From NCBI GenBank assembly GCA_016932045.1, contig JAFGDO010000011.1, positions 5,997 to 69,996 of the forward strand: DNA of 64,000 nt, in the 5' to 3' direction. The translations under genes and the position numbers were made by a program. The stretch comes from Candidatus Dojkabacteria bacterium (GTDB taxonomy: Bacteria; Patescibacteriota; Dojkabacteria; JAHIVN01). Positions 29,417 through 39,130 of this stretch are shown here, one piece after another. Every line of letters begins with the position of its first letter. The first letter of the stretch is position 1. The notes under the pieces were generated by a model. The model was not told the DNA's origin and did no database searches. It saw nothing but the letters and a program-made list of their open reading frames with translations.

Positions 29417-31375
29417 TTAGGCTACAAGGTCTATTTCCGCTTCTTTAGCATTTGTCTGTATGAATTTCTTTCTTGGTGGCACTTCAGTTCCCATAAGTAT
29501 ATCAAAGGTTCTATTTGCCTCTTCAGCGTCTTCAATCGCGATCTTTTTTAGAGTCCTATTTTCAGGGTTCATTGTTGTTTCCCATAGTTGTTCAGCATTC
29601 ATCTCTCCTAACCCTTTAAATCTTTGGATATTTTTGGGTTCTTTTGAACTCTTCTTTAACTTTGATGAAATCTCTTCTAATTCTTCATCATCTTTAATCC
29701 AGTAAAATTCGTCTTTTGAAACTTCAATTTTATATAAAGGTGGGGAAGCTACATAAAGATACCCCTTTTCAATTATCGATTTTAAGTGTCTAAAAAACAG
29801 AGTAAGATAAAGAGTTACGATGTGCTCGCCATCTACATCAGCATCAGCCATGATGATTACTTTATGATACCTAAGTTTCTCGAGATTTAAGGTCTCTCCG
29901 ATTCCACAGCCAAGTGCGATTATTAAATCCTTTAACTTGTCATTTTGGAGTACTTTATCTATCCTATATTTTTCACTATTAATTGGTTTTCCGAAGAGAG
30001 GCAGAATAGCTTGCGTTACTCTGTCGCGTCCCTGTTTTGCAGAGCCGCCGGCACTATCTCCCTCTACTATAAAAATTTCACTATTTTCCGGATTTCGAGA
30101 AGAACAGTCCGCTAATCTCCCAGGAAGAGTACCCCCATCTAATGCACCTTTTCTTACAACGGCCTCCCTTGCAGCTTTTGCAGCCTTTCTAGCTTTGTGA
30201 GATAAAAGACACTTATTAATGATTGATCTAGCATCTTTGGGATTTTCTTCTAGGAAAATCTTTAATCCGTCTTCAACTACTTTTCTTACCCCAGAGGAAG
30301 CCTCAGGATTATTTAGTTTAATTTTAGTCTGTCCTTCATATTGAGGGTCAGGAAGTTTTACTGACAGGATTGCTGTTAAACCTTCCCTTACATCTTCTCC
30401 TGAAAGTCGTGCATCCTTCTCTTTTTCTGTTGATATTTTTTGTAAATAGTCATTTAGACTTTTTGTTAGAGCGGTTCTAAATCCAGTCAGATGTGTACCT
30501 CCCTCTGGATTTAGGATGTTATTTGAAAAAGCAAGTACGTTTTCTTGTAAGTCGTCAACATACTGAAGAGCAACTTCGACGGTTATGTCTTCAAAGGTCT
30601 CGTTTACGTAGAATACACTGGGATGGATATTTTTCTCTTCCCTATTTAAACTTCGGATATATGATTTAATTCCACCCTCATAATGGAATTTAAGTTTACG
30701 GGGAATATTCTTTTCTCCGTTTGCCCTATCTTCTTCCTCTCGTTCGTCTTGGACAATAATTGTGAGTCCACCATTTAAGAATGCAGATTGCCTGAATTTT
30801 TGAAGAAGTTTTTTAAAATTGAACTTAACATCAGAGAATATTTCTTTATCAGGCTTAAAGGTAACTATTGTTCCCGTCCTCTCTGTTTTCCCGAAGGACT
30901 TTAGTTTAGTTGTGGCATTACCTTTTTTGTATTCCTGTTTGTAAACTTTTCCGCCCTTATGTACTTCTATATCAGCTTTTTCGGATAAAGCATTTACAAC
31001 TGCAAGTCCTACTCCATGTAATCCTCCGGCAACTTTATAGCTTTTTCTATCGAATTTTCCACCTGAGTGTAAGGTTGTCATGATGACTTCAAGTGCAGGT
31101 TTACCCGATTTGTGCAAATCAATAGGTATCCCCCTCCCATTATCATCAACCGTAACAGAACCATTTTTATTCATGATGATTTTTATGGTGTCGCAGTACC
31201 CCGCCAAAGCTTCATCAATTGCATTATCCACAATCTCAACAACTAGATGATGGAGACCATATGAGGAGGTGTCACCAATATACATAGCTGGTCGTTTCCT
31301 GACTGCTGCGAGTTGATCGAGTACTACAATTTTTGATGCATCATATGAATCTGTCTGTGCCATATCAGAATACAT
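29417..31375 (-). CDS. gyrB: DNA gyrase subunit B
   Basis: The N-terminal GHKL motif LHHLVVEIVDNAIDEALAG is present, followed by a TOPRIM domain EGDSAGGSAKQGRDR. Length is 652 aa. Confidence 0.95.
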   Translation of the reverse strand: MYSDMAQTDSYDASKIVVLDQLAAVRKRPAMYIGDTSSYGLHHLVVEIVDNAIDEALAGYCDTIKIIMNKNGSVTVDDNGRGIPIDLHKSGKPALEVIMTTLHSGGKFDRKSYKVAGGLHGVGLAVVNALSEKADIEVHKGGKVYKQEYKKGNATTKLKSFGKTERTGTIVTFKPDKEIFSDVKFNFKKLLQKFRQSAFLNGGLTIIVQDEREEEDRANGEKNIPRKLKFHYEGGIKSYIRSLNREEKNIHPSVFYVNETFEDITVEVALQYVDDLQENVLAFSNNILNPEGGTHLTGFRTALTKSLNDYLQKISTEKEKDARLSGEDVREGLTAILSVKLPDPQYEGQTKIKLNNPEASSGVRKVVEDGLKIFLEENPKDARSIINKCLLSHKARKAAKAAREAVVRKGALDGGTLPGRLADCSSRNPENSEIFIVEGDSAGGSAKQGRDRVTQAILPLFGKPINSEKYRIDKVLQNDKLKDLIIALGCGIGETLNLEKLRYHKVIIMADADVDGEHIVTLYLTLFFRHLKSIIEKGYLYVASPPLYKIEVSKDEFYWIKDDEELEEISSKLKKSSKEPKNIQRFKGLGEMNAEQLWETTMNPENRTLKKIAIEDAEEANRTFDILMGTEVPPRKKFIQTNAKEAEIDLVA

Positions 31376-31657
31376 TTCTTTAAAGAATAATAAGCTCCGC
31401 TAAAGATGCATTTGGATAGTACAATCCTCTATAATTAATAGTGCCTGAATATATGCAACTCTTAGCAGAGCACTTGATTTTATAACATCTAATTTTAATG
31501 TTTTTGACATTTTTATGCAAGTGGGGGAAGGTATAAAGAGAAGGGAAAAGGGAGTAGCTCAGAGCTAAGAGCCATATTGTTGTATAATGAGATGGTGGGA
31601 TAATTTGATGGTCGAACTAATACCTACCTCAGCCCTCTGACTCTTTACCTTCTACTT

Positions 31658-32431
31658 TCAATCATCTCCTCTGAGAGGTAGATTTATCATTAAGCTTTCA
31701 AGAGCCAAACGAACGTTTACATTTTTTTCAATCGCATTGCGTGTTAACTCAATAAGGTCGATAATTTCTACTATCTGTAGAGTCTTTCTCGTATTTTTTT
31801 TATTCTTTATCATTTCTTCACGGAAGTAGGTAAGCATATCTTCAATGAGACTATTTGTGTCGTCGATTACCTTTCCTCTGTTTTTTTGACTTACGATTTC
31901 CTCGGCCAGTTTAAATCTTTCTATAATATTGCTTTCTAATACTTTTCTAAAGGTTGTCAAATCTCTTGCCTTCCCTGCTTTCTCACTTGGGTTAAAGACC
32001 TGACATCGAGATATGATTGTGGGGATTAATTTGTGTATATTCGAAGTAGTTAGAATTAAGAAGGTATTCTTAGGAGGTTCTTCCAGAGTTTTAAGAAGGG
32101 CATTTTGAGATTCCTTCGTCATCTTCTCAGATGAGATAATAATTCCAACCTTAAAGTGAGAACAAAATGGCTTGAGTTGAGTTTTGCGGATAAATTCATG
32201 AATTTGCTCAATCTTTATAGTTTTACTGTTTATATTCTCAGGCCAAATCCCAAAAACATCGGCGTGAGTCTTATATGGTTTTTGAGCAGGGATTAATAAT
32301 ATTTCTCTTGCGAACACCTCGGCCAGCCGCTGTTGCTCTTCTACGTCTTTGTAAGAAATAAGAATCGAGGCAGAATTTCCATCTTGACCTACATTTTTAA
32401 TTATATTTTCAATCTTTACTTTCATTGACAA
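31658..32431 (-). CDS. holB: DNA polymerase III delta-prime subunit-like clamp-loader protein
   Basis: QNALLKTLEEPPKNTFLILTT...ISRCQVF is the sensor-1/SRC region. There is no Walker A. Confidence 0.75.
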   Translation of the reverse strand: MSMKVKIENIIKNVGQDGNSASILISYKDVEEQQRLAEVFAREILLIPAQKPYKTHADVFGIWPENINSKTIKIEQIHEFIRKTQLKPFCSHFKVGIIISSEKMTKESQNALLKTLEEPPKNTFLILTTSNIHKLIPTIISRCQVFNPSEKAGKARDLTTFRKVLESNIIERFKLAEEIVSQKNRGKVIDDTNSLIEDMLTYFREEMIKNKKNTRKTLQIVEIIDLIELTRNAIEKNVNVRLALESLMINLPLRGDD

Positions 32432-32562
32432 TACTGGTCGTTTAGACTACTATATTAGCAAGTATATATATATCATTTTTTGTGATTTAAGTATAATTCG
32501 TCACGTTAAAATGCGAATTATGCTGTTTTGTCATTTTTTATTCATCAAGGTAGAACTGCCCT

Positions 32563-34737
32563 ATGGATAACAATACTGCTCAGAGTCCAGGAGTTAGTGA
32601 CACAACACAAGACGGAAGCAAGTCGCCTTTACTCGGAAGTAACTTTGCTGCTACTTCTCCTCCCTTGCATGATCAGCCGAAAATAACACCAAGTGCTCCT
32701 CAAGTAAAATCTCCATTGGTTGATGTTTTGAAGAATAAAGATGGGGAAGATGCTCAGGTCGGTTCTGTTCCTTCAACTCTTCCTGGAGAAGTTCAACAGG
32801 CTCAAGTCTCTCAAATAGACCCTGTTTCTTCGAATCAAGGAACAGATGCAACTCAAGATATTGCATTAGATGAAAGCAAACAGGGACCTTCATTTAAGGG
32901 TATTACTGTAGATGATTACAAAGGTAAGACGATTGCGGAGATACTACGGGAGAAAGGTAAGTTGAGACCTGAACAATTTGAAGAAGTAAAATTTGAAATC
33001 GCGAGTAGAAAAGGAAGTGAGGAGGAGATCATAAGAAGGAAAGGATGGCTTGAGGAAGATGAGATAGTAAAAGCAAAAGCTGCATCTTATGGTGTTCCAT
33101 ATGTAGATTTAAAAGAAGTTGAGATCCCGCGTGAAATTCTAACAAAGTTGCCTTATGAATCAGCTAGAACACACAAGGCAATTCTGTTTAAAGATGATCC
33201 CAATATTGCTCACGTCGGTATGGAAGATCCTCTGGATATTCAAAGGGTAAGATTTATTGAAAGTATCTTGGGAAAGAGCGTAAAGGCCTATTTTGCAAAC
33301 CCTGGAGACATTAAGGATTATTTGGATACAAAGTATGCAGGCAGGATAGAGACCGAAGTTACTGAGGCAGTAGAAGAAGTCGGAGAAGGTGTTGTGAAGA
33401 TTGAAGAAGGATTAAGGGATATAGCAGAGGTTGAAGACACTATTGCAACTGCACCCGTTGCAAGAATTGTAAATATGGTACTTGAATATGCCGTAAAATT
33501 TAAAGCAAGTGATGTCCACATTGAACCAAGGGAAAAGAAGCTGGTTGTCCGGTTTCGGATAAACGGAGTTATGATGGAAAGACTGCAGCTTCCTCCAACT
33601 CTTATAGCTTCGGTTGTTTCAAGAGTGAAAATTCTCTCAAATCTAAAAATCGATGAGCACAGAATTCCCCAAGATGGGAGGTTTCAGATAAAGGTAGGGA
33701 TAAAGGAAGTAGATCTGAGAGTCTCTATTATGCCTACAGTCCATGGGGAGAAAGTTGTGATTCGTCTTTTAGAGAAAGGCGGTAGTGTGCGGAGACTTGA
33801 GGAAACTGGGATGAGAGGATCGGGTTTTAAGGTTTACCGAGAAGCCTTAGAGGCTACACAAGGAATTCTCCTCGTAACAGGGCCGACTGGTAGCGGAAAG
33901 ACCCAAACTTTAGCAAGTTCATTATTAATTCTTAATAGACCTGATGTAAATATTGTTACCCTTGAGGATCCTGTTGAGGTGAAGGTAGACGGAGTGAATC
34001 AGGTTCAAGTAAATGCTGATGTGGGGCTTACCTTTGCAAAAGGATTGCGATCAATACTCAGGCAAGACCCGGATATTATAATGGTTGGAGAAATCAGAGA
34101 TCAGGAGACAGCTGAACTTGCAGTTCAGGCATCGCTAACGGGACATCTTGTACTAGCAACCTTGCACACCAATAGTGCATCGGGTGCTCTCCCGAGACTA
34201 CTTGATATGAAAGTTGAGCCGTATCTTTTAACTTCCACAGTAAACATTATTGTTGCGCAAAGACTAGTTCGGACTATATGTGATAAGTGCAAAGAGGCAT
34301 ATAAGCCAAGTGAAGAGATAGTTAAGACAATTCATAAGGTTATGGTCGGTCTTGCGGGATTTGATATGTATTCTTTTCCCAAAAGTACAAATCCGCTCTC
34401 TTCTCCGGGACAAGTGAATACTCAAGATCCAAATCAGGTACCTCCCAGGGAGCTTGAAAAGCAACAAGAAGCAAAGCCGGCAAGGGAGGTAATTTTATAT
34501 AGAGGAAAGGGGTGCAGTAAGTGCGGAGATACAGGCTACAGTGGAAGAACTGGAATATTTGAAGTATTAAGGGTGAGTGAGAAGGTCGCACAGCTTATTA
34601 TGGAACACAGGTCTTCTGGAGATATTGAAAGACAGGCGAAGGAAGAAGGTATGATAACTATGGTCCAAGACGGATTTCTGAAAGCTCTTGAAGGGGTAAC
34701 TACAATTGAGGAAGTGCTGAGAGTTCAGAAGAAGTAA
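32563..34737 (+). CDS. pilB: Type IV pilus assembly ATPase PilB (GspE family) with a low-complexity N-terminal extension
   Basis: A GspE_N domain is present. Walker A is LLVTGPTGSGKTQTL. Further motifs are VTLEDPVE and IIMVGEIRDQETAELAVQASLTGHLVLATLHTNSA. A tetra-Cys CxxC...CxxC motif is present. Confidence 0.9.
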   Translation: MDNNTAQSPGVSDTTQDGSKSPLLGSNFAATSPPLHDQPKITPSAPQVKSPLVDVLKNKDGEDAQVGSVPSTLPGEVQQAQVSQIDPVSSNQGTDATQDIALDESKQGPSFKGITVDDYKGKTIAEILREKGKLRPEQFEEVKFEIASRKGSEEEIIRRKGWLEEDEIVKAKAASYGVPYVDLKEVEIPREILTKLPYESARTHKAILFKDDPNIAHVGMEDPLDIQRVRFIESILGKSVKAYFANPGDIKDYLDTKYAGRIETEVTEAVEEVGEGVVKIEEGLRDIAEVEDTIATAPVARIVNMVLEYAVKFKASDVHIEPREKKLVVRFRINGVMMERLQLPPTLIASVVSRVKILSNLKIDEHRIPQDGRFQIKVGIKEVDLRVSIMPTVHGEKVVIRLLEKGGSVRRLEETGMRGSGFKVYREALEATQGILLVTGPTGSGKTQTLASSLLILNRPDVNIVTLEDPVEVKVDGVNQVQVNADVGLTFAKGLRSILRQDPDIIMVGEIRDQETAELAVQASLTGHLVLATLHTNSASGALPRLLDMKVEPYLLTSTVNIIVAQRLVRTICDKCKEAYKPSEEIVKTIHKVMVGLAGFDMYSFPKSTNPLSSPGQVNTQDPNQVPPRELEKQQEAKPAREVILYRGKGCSKCGDTGYSGRTGIFEVLRVSEKVAQLIMEHRSSGDIERQAKEEGMITMVQDGFLKALEGVTTIEEVLRVQKK

Positions 34738-34873
34738 AGGTGAAGATAGTCGGATGGGTTGATTGCCCCTGCCTCGCTGGCAGGCTATGTGATACGTGGC
34801 AGGCGGGCTCCTTGAGCTGGGATTAATAGATAGTTGTATTTTAAAGACAGTGGATTTTAGGTATTAGAAATTC

Positions 34874-34927
34874 CTTTATCTAAATATCTGAATATCTAAT
34901 AACTGATATCTAATATTATCTGAACAA
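34874..34927. repeat. Tandem TATCTRA motif array upstream of pilT
   Basis: tttatctaaatatctgaatatctaataactgatatctaatattatctgaa carries six TATCT(A/G)A units. Confidence 0.45.
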
Positions 34928-34933
34928 ATTAAA

Positions 34934-36148
34934 ATGGCAGAACCAAAAGTTTCACCACTAGGGGAAAATGTAGTTAGTGAGATTTCACCTCGGCCCGCAA
35001 GCCAGGGAGGAGATAGCGCAGTGCCTGCTGACAATCAAGATCAGACTGAGCAGGAAGTAGCTGGAACATTGGGAAATTCAGTGAAAACCGATAACTTAAA
35101 GCTTGGAGATTTGCTCGAGCTGACTGTACGAAATGATGCATCTGACCTTCATATCTCTGTCGGATATCCTATCTTTCTCAGAATAGATGGAAAGTTACAA
35201 AAGTTAGGTGCTGAGATAATCACAAGTGATAGAGCGAAGAATTTGATTTACGAAGTGCTAGATGATCAAAAGCGAGAACTTTACGAAGTGAACAAGGAAA
35301 TAGACTTTTCGTATTCTTTTCAGGAAAAAGCAAGGTTTAGGATAAACGCCTATAATGAGAAGGGAAATCCTGCTGCTGCATTCAGATTGATCCCAACAAA
35401 GATAAGAGCAATTGACGAACTATTCTTACCTAAAATTCTACATGAATTTACAAAACTGCATCAGGGGTTAGTTCTTGTTGTTGGTCCTACTGGACATGGT
35501 AAAAGTACAACTCTTGCTTCGATGCTTCAGGAGATTAATGTCCGGGATGCAAGGCATATACTGACGATCGAGGATCCTATCGAATATCTATATACTCCGG
35601 CACGTTCTCTGGTTGATCAGAGAGAACTTCATCAGGATACACATTCATGGGACATTGCCTTGAGAAATGTTCTGAGACAGGACCCCGACGTTATACTGGT
35701 CGGTGAGATGAGAGATTTTGAAACTATTGCTGCTACTATTACTGCTGCTGAGACAGGTCACTTAGTATTTGCGACTCTGCATACAAATAGTGCCGCTCAA
35801 TCTGTGGACCGTATAATTGATGTTTTTCCAGAACACCAGCAAGCACAGATCCGTATGCAGCTTGCAAATGTGATGGAATCAATAGTATCACAGAGACTTG
35901 TTCCCATCATAGGGGGTGGAAGAAGAGCTGCTTGTGAAGTTATGATCGGGACTGCAGCTGTAAGGAATGCTATAAGAGAGCAAAAGACTTATCAGATAGA
36001 TAATATCATTCAGACGAGTGCCGATGTTGGAATGATGACTCTTGAAAGATCACTTGTTGATCTTGTGAGGGATGGAAAGATTACACTAGAAGAAGCTCAG
36101 AATAACACTACTAAACCGGAGGAGGTATTAAGGTTGGTGAGGAAATAA
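34934..36148 (+). CDS. pilT: Twitching-motility retraction ATPase PilT
   Basis: Walker A is LVLVVGPTGHGKSTTL. Further motifs are ILVGEMRDFETIAATITAAETGHLVFATLHTNSAAQSVDRIIDVFPE and AIRNAIRE. Confidence 0.9.
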   Translation: MAEPKVSPLGENVVSEISPRPASQGGDSAVPADNQDQTEQEVAGTLGNSVKTDNLKLGDLLELTVRNDASDLHISVGYPIFLRIDGKLQKLGAEIITSDRAKNLIYEVLDDQKRELYEVNKEIDFSYSFQEKARFRINAYNEKGNPAAAFRLIPTKIRAIDELFLPKILHEFTKLHQGLVLVVGPTGHGKSTTLASMLQEINVRDARHILTIEDPIEYLYTPARSLVDQRELHQDTHSWDIALRNVLRQDPDVILVGEMRDFETIAATITAAETGHLVFATLHTNSAAQSVDRIIDVFPEHQQAQIRMQLANVMESIVSQRLVPIIGGGRRAACEVMIGTAAVRNAIREQKTYQIDNIIQTSADVGMMTLERSLVDLVRDGKITLEEAQNNTTKPEEVLRLVRK

Positions 36149-36162
36149 ATATATAGTGAGAC

Positions 36163-36210
36163 CTCTAGATAGTCAGATAGCTGGATAGTAAAAATAGGAA
36201 GATAATAGCA
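36163..36210. repeat. Tandem AGATAG/GGATAG motif array upstream of pilC
   Basis: ctctagatagtcagatagctggatagtaaaaataggaagataatag is the reverse-strand form of the TATCT family. Confidence 0.45.
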
Positions 36211-36324
36211 AGTAGCATAAAGCTAGGAGTGAGAGGAATTGCATTATTGAGAATAGTAGTTTATATTTTGCAGTAGGTTAAATATTTTGTAATAAATGAA
36301 TTTAAATTATTAGCAGTATAGGTA

Positions 36325-37536
36325 ATGGCTCTCTATGAATATGTAGCAGTTGAATCATCAGGGAAAACAGTAAAGGGTGACTATGAGGCTAAGGATCGAA
36401 ACGAAGTTGTAGATTTTTTGCATGAAAAAAATCTTGTGGTTGTCCATGTTGATGAAAAGTTAAAGAGGAATCTAAAGGATATTTTTAACATTCAAATCGG
36501 GGGCATTCCACTCACAAACAAAGTTGTTTTTTCCAAACAGCTCGCTACGATGATTTCTGCTGGACTACCACTTCTTCAAGCTCTTGAGGTCCTTGCAAGC
36601 CAAGAGAAGAATGCTCCGTTTAAGGCCTCCCTGGAAAATGTCATACAACTTGTTGAAGGGGGAAGTAAACTATCAAATGCTTTTGCAAAACAGAAAGGGG
36701 TTTATACGGCTGTAGAGTTAAATCTAATTTCTGCTGGGGAAGAAAGTGGTAACCTTGTTGAAATGATTCAGCAGGTAGCAGATAATCTTGAAAAGCAAAA
36801 GGACTTCCAGTCAAAGGTTCGTAGTGCAATGATATACCCTGCAATTATGTTTGTAGCTATTATTGGAGTAGTTGCGCTTCTTATGATTTTTATGGTTCCG
36901 GCAGTTGAAGATCTATACGAGGATTTTGGAGGCGAACTTCCATGGGTTACGAAAGCAATTGTTGCAATTAGCAATTTTATGGTTTCCTTCTGGTGGCTCC
37001 TTGTTTTCATCATAATCTGTGGTCTCGTTGCTTATAGATACTACTACTCTACTCCATCTGGAAGACAAGTGATACACCGGTTAATTTTATCAATGCCTGT
37101 ATTTGGAGATTTGAATACAAAGATTCAGTTAGCCGAGTTCGGCCGGCTTCTTTCGATGCTTTTGACTAGTGGTATTTCAATTATTGAGTCACTAAATATT
37201 GTTTCAGGAGCACTATCAAATGTTCACTTTAAAAAAGCAGTCAAAGATGCTACTTTCGATGTTGAGAAAGGAACTCCTCTTGCTGTACCCCTTTCCAAGA
37301 ATGAGGATTTCCCTTTGATTGTAAGTCGAATCATTGCAACTGGTGAGAGTACGGGTAACTTGGATAAGGTATTAAAAGATCTTGGGAAATACTATCAAAC
37401 TGAAGTAGATTATATGACATCTAACTTGACAAAACTTATGGAACCGATTATCTTATTTATTGTAGGTGGGGTTGTTGCTTTTCTGGCCTTGGTTGTATAT
37501 ATGCCTATTTATAACTTAGCAACTATAGTAGTATAG
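36325..37536 (+). CDS. pilC: Type IV pilus platform protein PilC (GspF family)
   Basis: Two GspF repeats are present, with motifs such as LSMLLTSGISIIESLNIV and ATGESTGNLDKVL. There are three TM helices. Confidence 0.9.
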   Translation: MALYEYVAVESSGKTVKGDYEAKDRNEVVDFLHEKNLVVVHVDEKLKRNLKDIFNIQIGGIPLTNKVVFSKQLATMISAGLPLLQALEVLASQEKNAPFKASLENVIQLVEGGSKLSNAFAKQKGVYTAVELNLISAGEESGNLVEMIQQVADNLEKQKDFQSKVRSAMIYPAIMFVAIIGVVALLMIFMVPAVEDLYEDFGGELPWVTKAIVAISNFMVSFWWLLVFIIICGLVAYRYYYSTPSGRQVIHRLILSMPVFGDLNTKIQLAEFGRLLSMLLTSGISIIESLNIVSGALSNVHFKKAVKDATFDVEKGTPLAVPLSKNEDFPLIVSRIIATGESTGNLDKVLKDLGKYYQTEVDYMTSNLTKLMEPIILFIVGGVVAFLALVVYMPIYNLATIVV

Positions 37537-37566
37537 TATTAATTAAATTTTTAAATTTAAATAAGC

Positions 37567-38058
37567 ATGAAAGTACTAAAAGGGAAGAAGGGGTTTACTC
37601 TAGTTGAATTGCTTGTCGTACTTGCGATTGTCGGTATATTGATCGGACTTGCAGTTGGAGGGATTAGAATTGTACAACAGGTAAACAGAGATACTCAGAG
37701 AAAGGCATGGGCACGAGATGTCCAACTTGCATTAGAGGCAATACAAGAACGCAGGAATCGATATCCAGATGGTATAACTCTTACTGATACCGGGGAGAAG
37801 ATGAAAATAGAAGCTTGTGTTGGAACAGGAGCCAATAAGGTCTGTGATGAAGTCCTCTCGGAAGTAGTTTTTGACATGTCGGAATTCACGACAAATAATT
37901 GTACTGCGGCTGATGTCCCAAGTGAAGTTGAAGACGATGCTGGGCAGATAAGCGGTTGTTATGAGGGTTCTGGTCAAGGTTATTGGTTGTATCTGGACTT
38001 AGAAAGAAGTGGTGAAGGTTATAATGCAAGTAACCTAACAGATCCTCCGACAGATTAA
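37567..38058 (+). CDS. pilA: Type IV major pilin (PilA-like)
   Basis: The class III signal is MKVLKGKKG|FTLVELLVVLAIVGIL with G-1 and E+5. The C-terminal region has two Cys pairs. Confidence 0.75.
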   Translation: MKVLKGKKGFTLVELLVVLAIVGILIGLAVGGIRIVQQVNRDTQRKAWARDVQLALEAIQERRNRYPDGITLTDTGEKMKIEACVGTGANKVCDEVLSEVVFDMSEFTTNNCTAADVPSEVEDDAGQISGCYEGSGQGYWLYLDLERSGEGYNASNLTDPPTD

Positions 38059-38154
38059 AGATTAGGAAAAGAGTGTTCTGAAAAGTCTTTTAAGAGAAGT
38101 CCCTGTTTTATAGGGACTTCTGCTTTTAAAAGCAGAAATTACCTTAACATAGCT

Positions 38155-39018
38155 ATGCTGAAAGAACCTATGTCCTGGCTACTATTCATCTTATTTTTAC
38201 TAGGTTTATCAATCGGTAGTTTTATAAATGCTTTTGAGTACAGATTGCACAAGCGCATGGATTTTATAAAAGCAAGATCCCACTGTCCGAAGTGCAAACA
38301 TGTACTAAAGGCCCAAGATCTTATGCCTCTGCTGTCTTTTGTGCTTATTGGCGGCAAATGTAGGTATTGTGGAACTAAAGTTTCATGGCAATACCCTATT
38401 ATCGAATTTCTCTCTGGTATGCTCTTTTTCGCTTCGGGATGTTACGTTTCCTCTAGAATGCATATCCAAGGGCCTTTCGATATAGTTGTTATGTTACTTT
38501 CTTCTTGTTTTGTAGGTCTTTTGCTTACACTCTTTCTCTTTTTTGCACTATATGATGTGAAACATAAAATAGTTCCACAAAAGGTTATTATCCCAGCTAT
38601 TATTTTTGGTGTTTTCTATGTTTTATTTGTTGCCTTAGGTATGCATTTTAAGCCGCATTTGGATGTTTTCTTGGTATTTGAAGATGTAAGCCTCGTATGG
38701 AACTTTGTCGCAGCACTAATCGGGGGTTCTTTTATCGCTCTTCTCATAATTATCACCAGGGGCAAAGGTATGGGTGGAGGGGATTTGAAACTTCTAGTGT
38801 TTATGGGACTTATTTTAGGTCTAAAAAAGCTTGTTATTGCTTTCTATATTGCAATAATAACAGGATCAATTCTTGGAATATCTTGGGGTGCGCTAAAGGG
38901 GAAAATACGAGGTTTAAAGCTTCCTTTTGCTCTATTCTTGTCTCTCGGATCCATTATAGCTTTTTTGTGGGGGTCGGATATTTATTGGTGGTTTATAGGG
39001 ATTATCTGCTATTATTAG
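38155..39018 (+). CDS. pilD: Prepilin peptidase PilD (A24 family)
   Basis: The N-terminal zinc tetra-Cys is CPKCKH...CRYCG. The catalytic region is GMGGGDLKLL. Length is 287 aa. Confidence 0.9.
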   Translation: MLKEPMSWLLFILFLLGLSIGSFINAFEYRLHKRMDFIKARSHCPKCKHVLKAQDLMPLLSFVLIGGKCRYCGTKVSWQYPIIEFLSGMLFFASGCYVSSRMHIQGPFDIVVMLLSSCFVGLLLTLFLFFALYDVKHKIVPQKVIIPAIIFGVFYVLFVALGMHFKPHLDVFLVFEDVSLVWNFVAALIGGSFIALLIIITRGKGMGGGDLKLLVFMGLILGLKKLVIAFYIAIITGSILGISWGALKGKIRGLKLPFALFLSLGSIIAFLWGSDIYWWFIGIICYY

Positions 39019-39050
39019 TCTGCAGCTGCACAACCATTTGGCCATCCAAC

Positions 39051-39115
39051 AATCATCAATTCTCAATCTTCAATCGCCAATCTTTAATTAAAAATTAAGA
39101 ATTAAGAATGAATAA
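39051..39115. repeat. CAATCNN heptad array followed by AATTAAGAATTAAGAAT, motif copy 2 of 3
   Basis: caatcatcaattctcaatcttcaatcgccaatctttaattaaaaattaagaattaagaatg lies directly after the pilD stop. Confidence 0.4.
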
Positions 39116-39130
39116 ATGCTGCTTTCAGTT

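Noticed and set aside
31550-31640. tRNA-like start GGGAGTAGCTCAGAGCTAAGAGC... downstream of holB
   Set aside because: Only the acceptor-5' and D-arm-like segment fit. I could form no complementary 3' acceptor strand, no canonical T-arm (GGTCGAACT instead of GGTTCGAnTCC), and no clean anticodon stem on either strand. It is probably a chance match or a decayed tRNA remnant.
38697-39098. 133-aa ORF in an alternative frame over the pilD 3' half
   Set aside because: It overlaps the well-supported pilD frame, and its composition is consistent with an out-of-frame translation.
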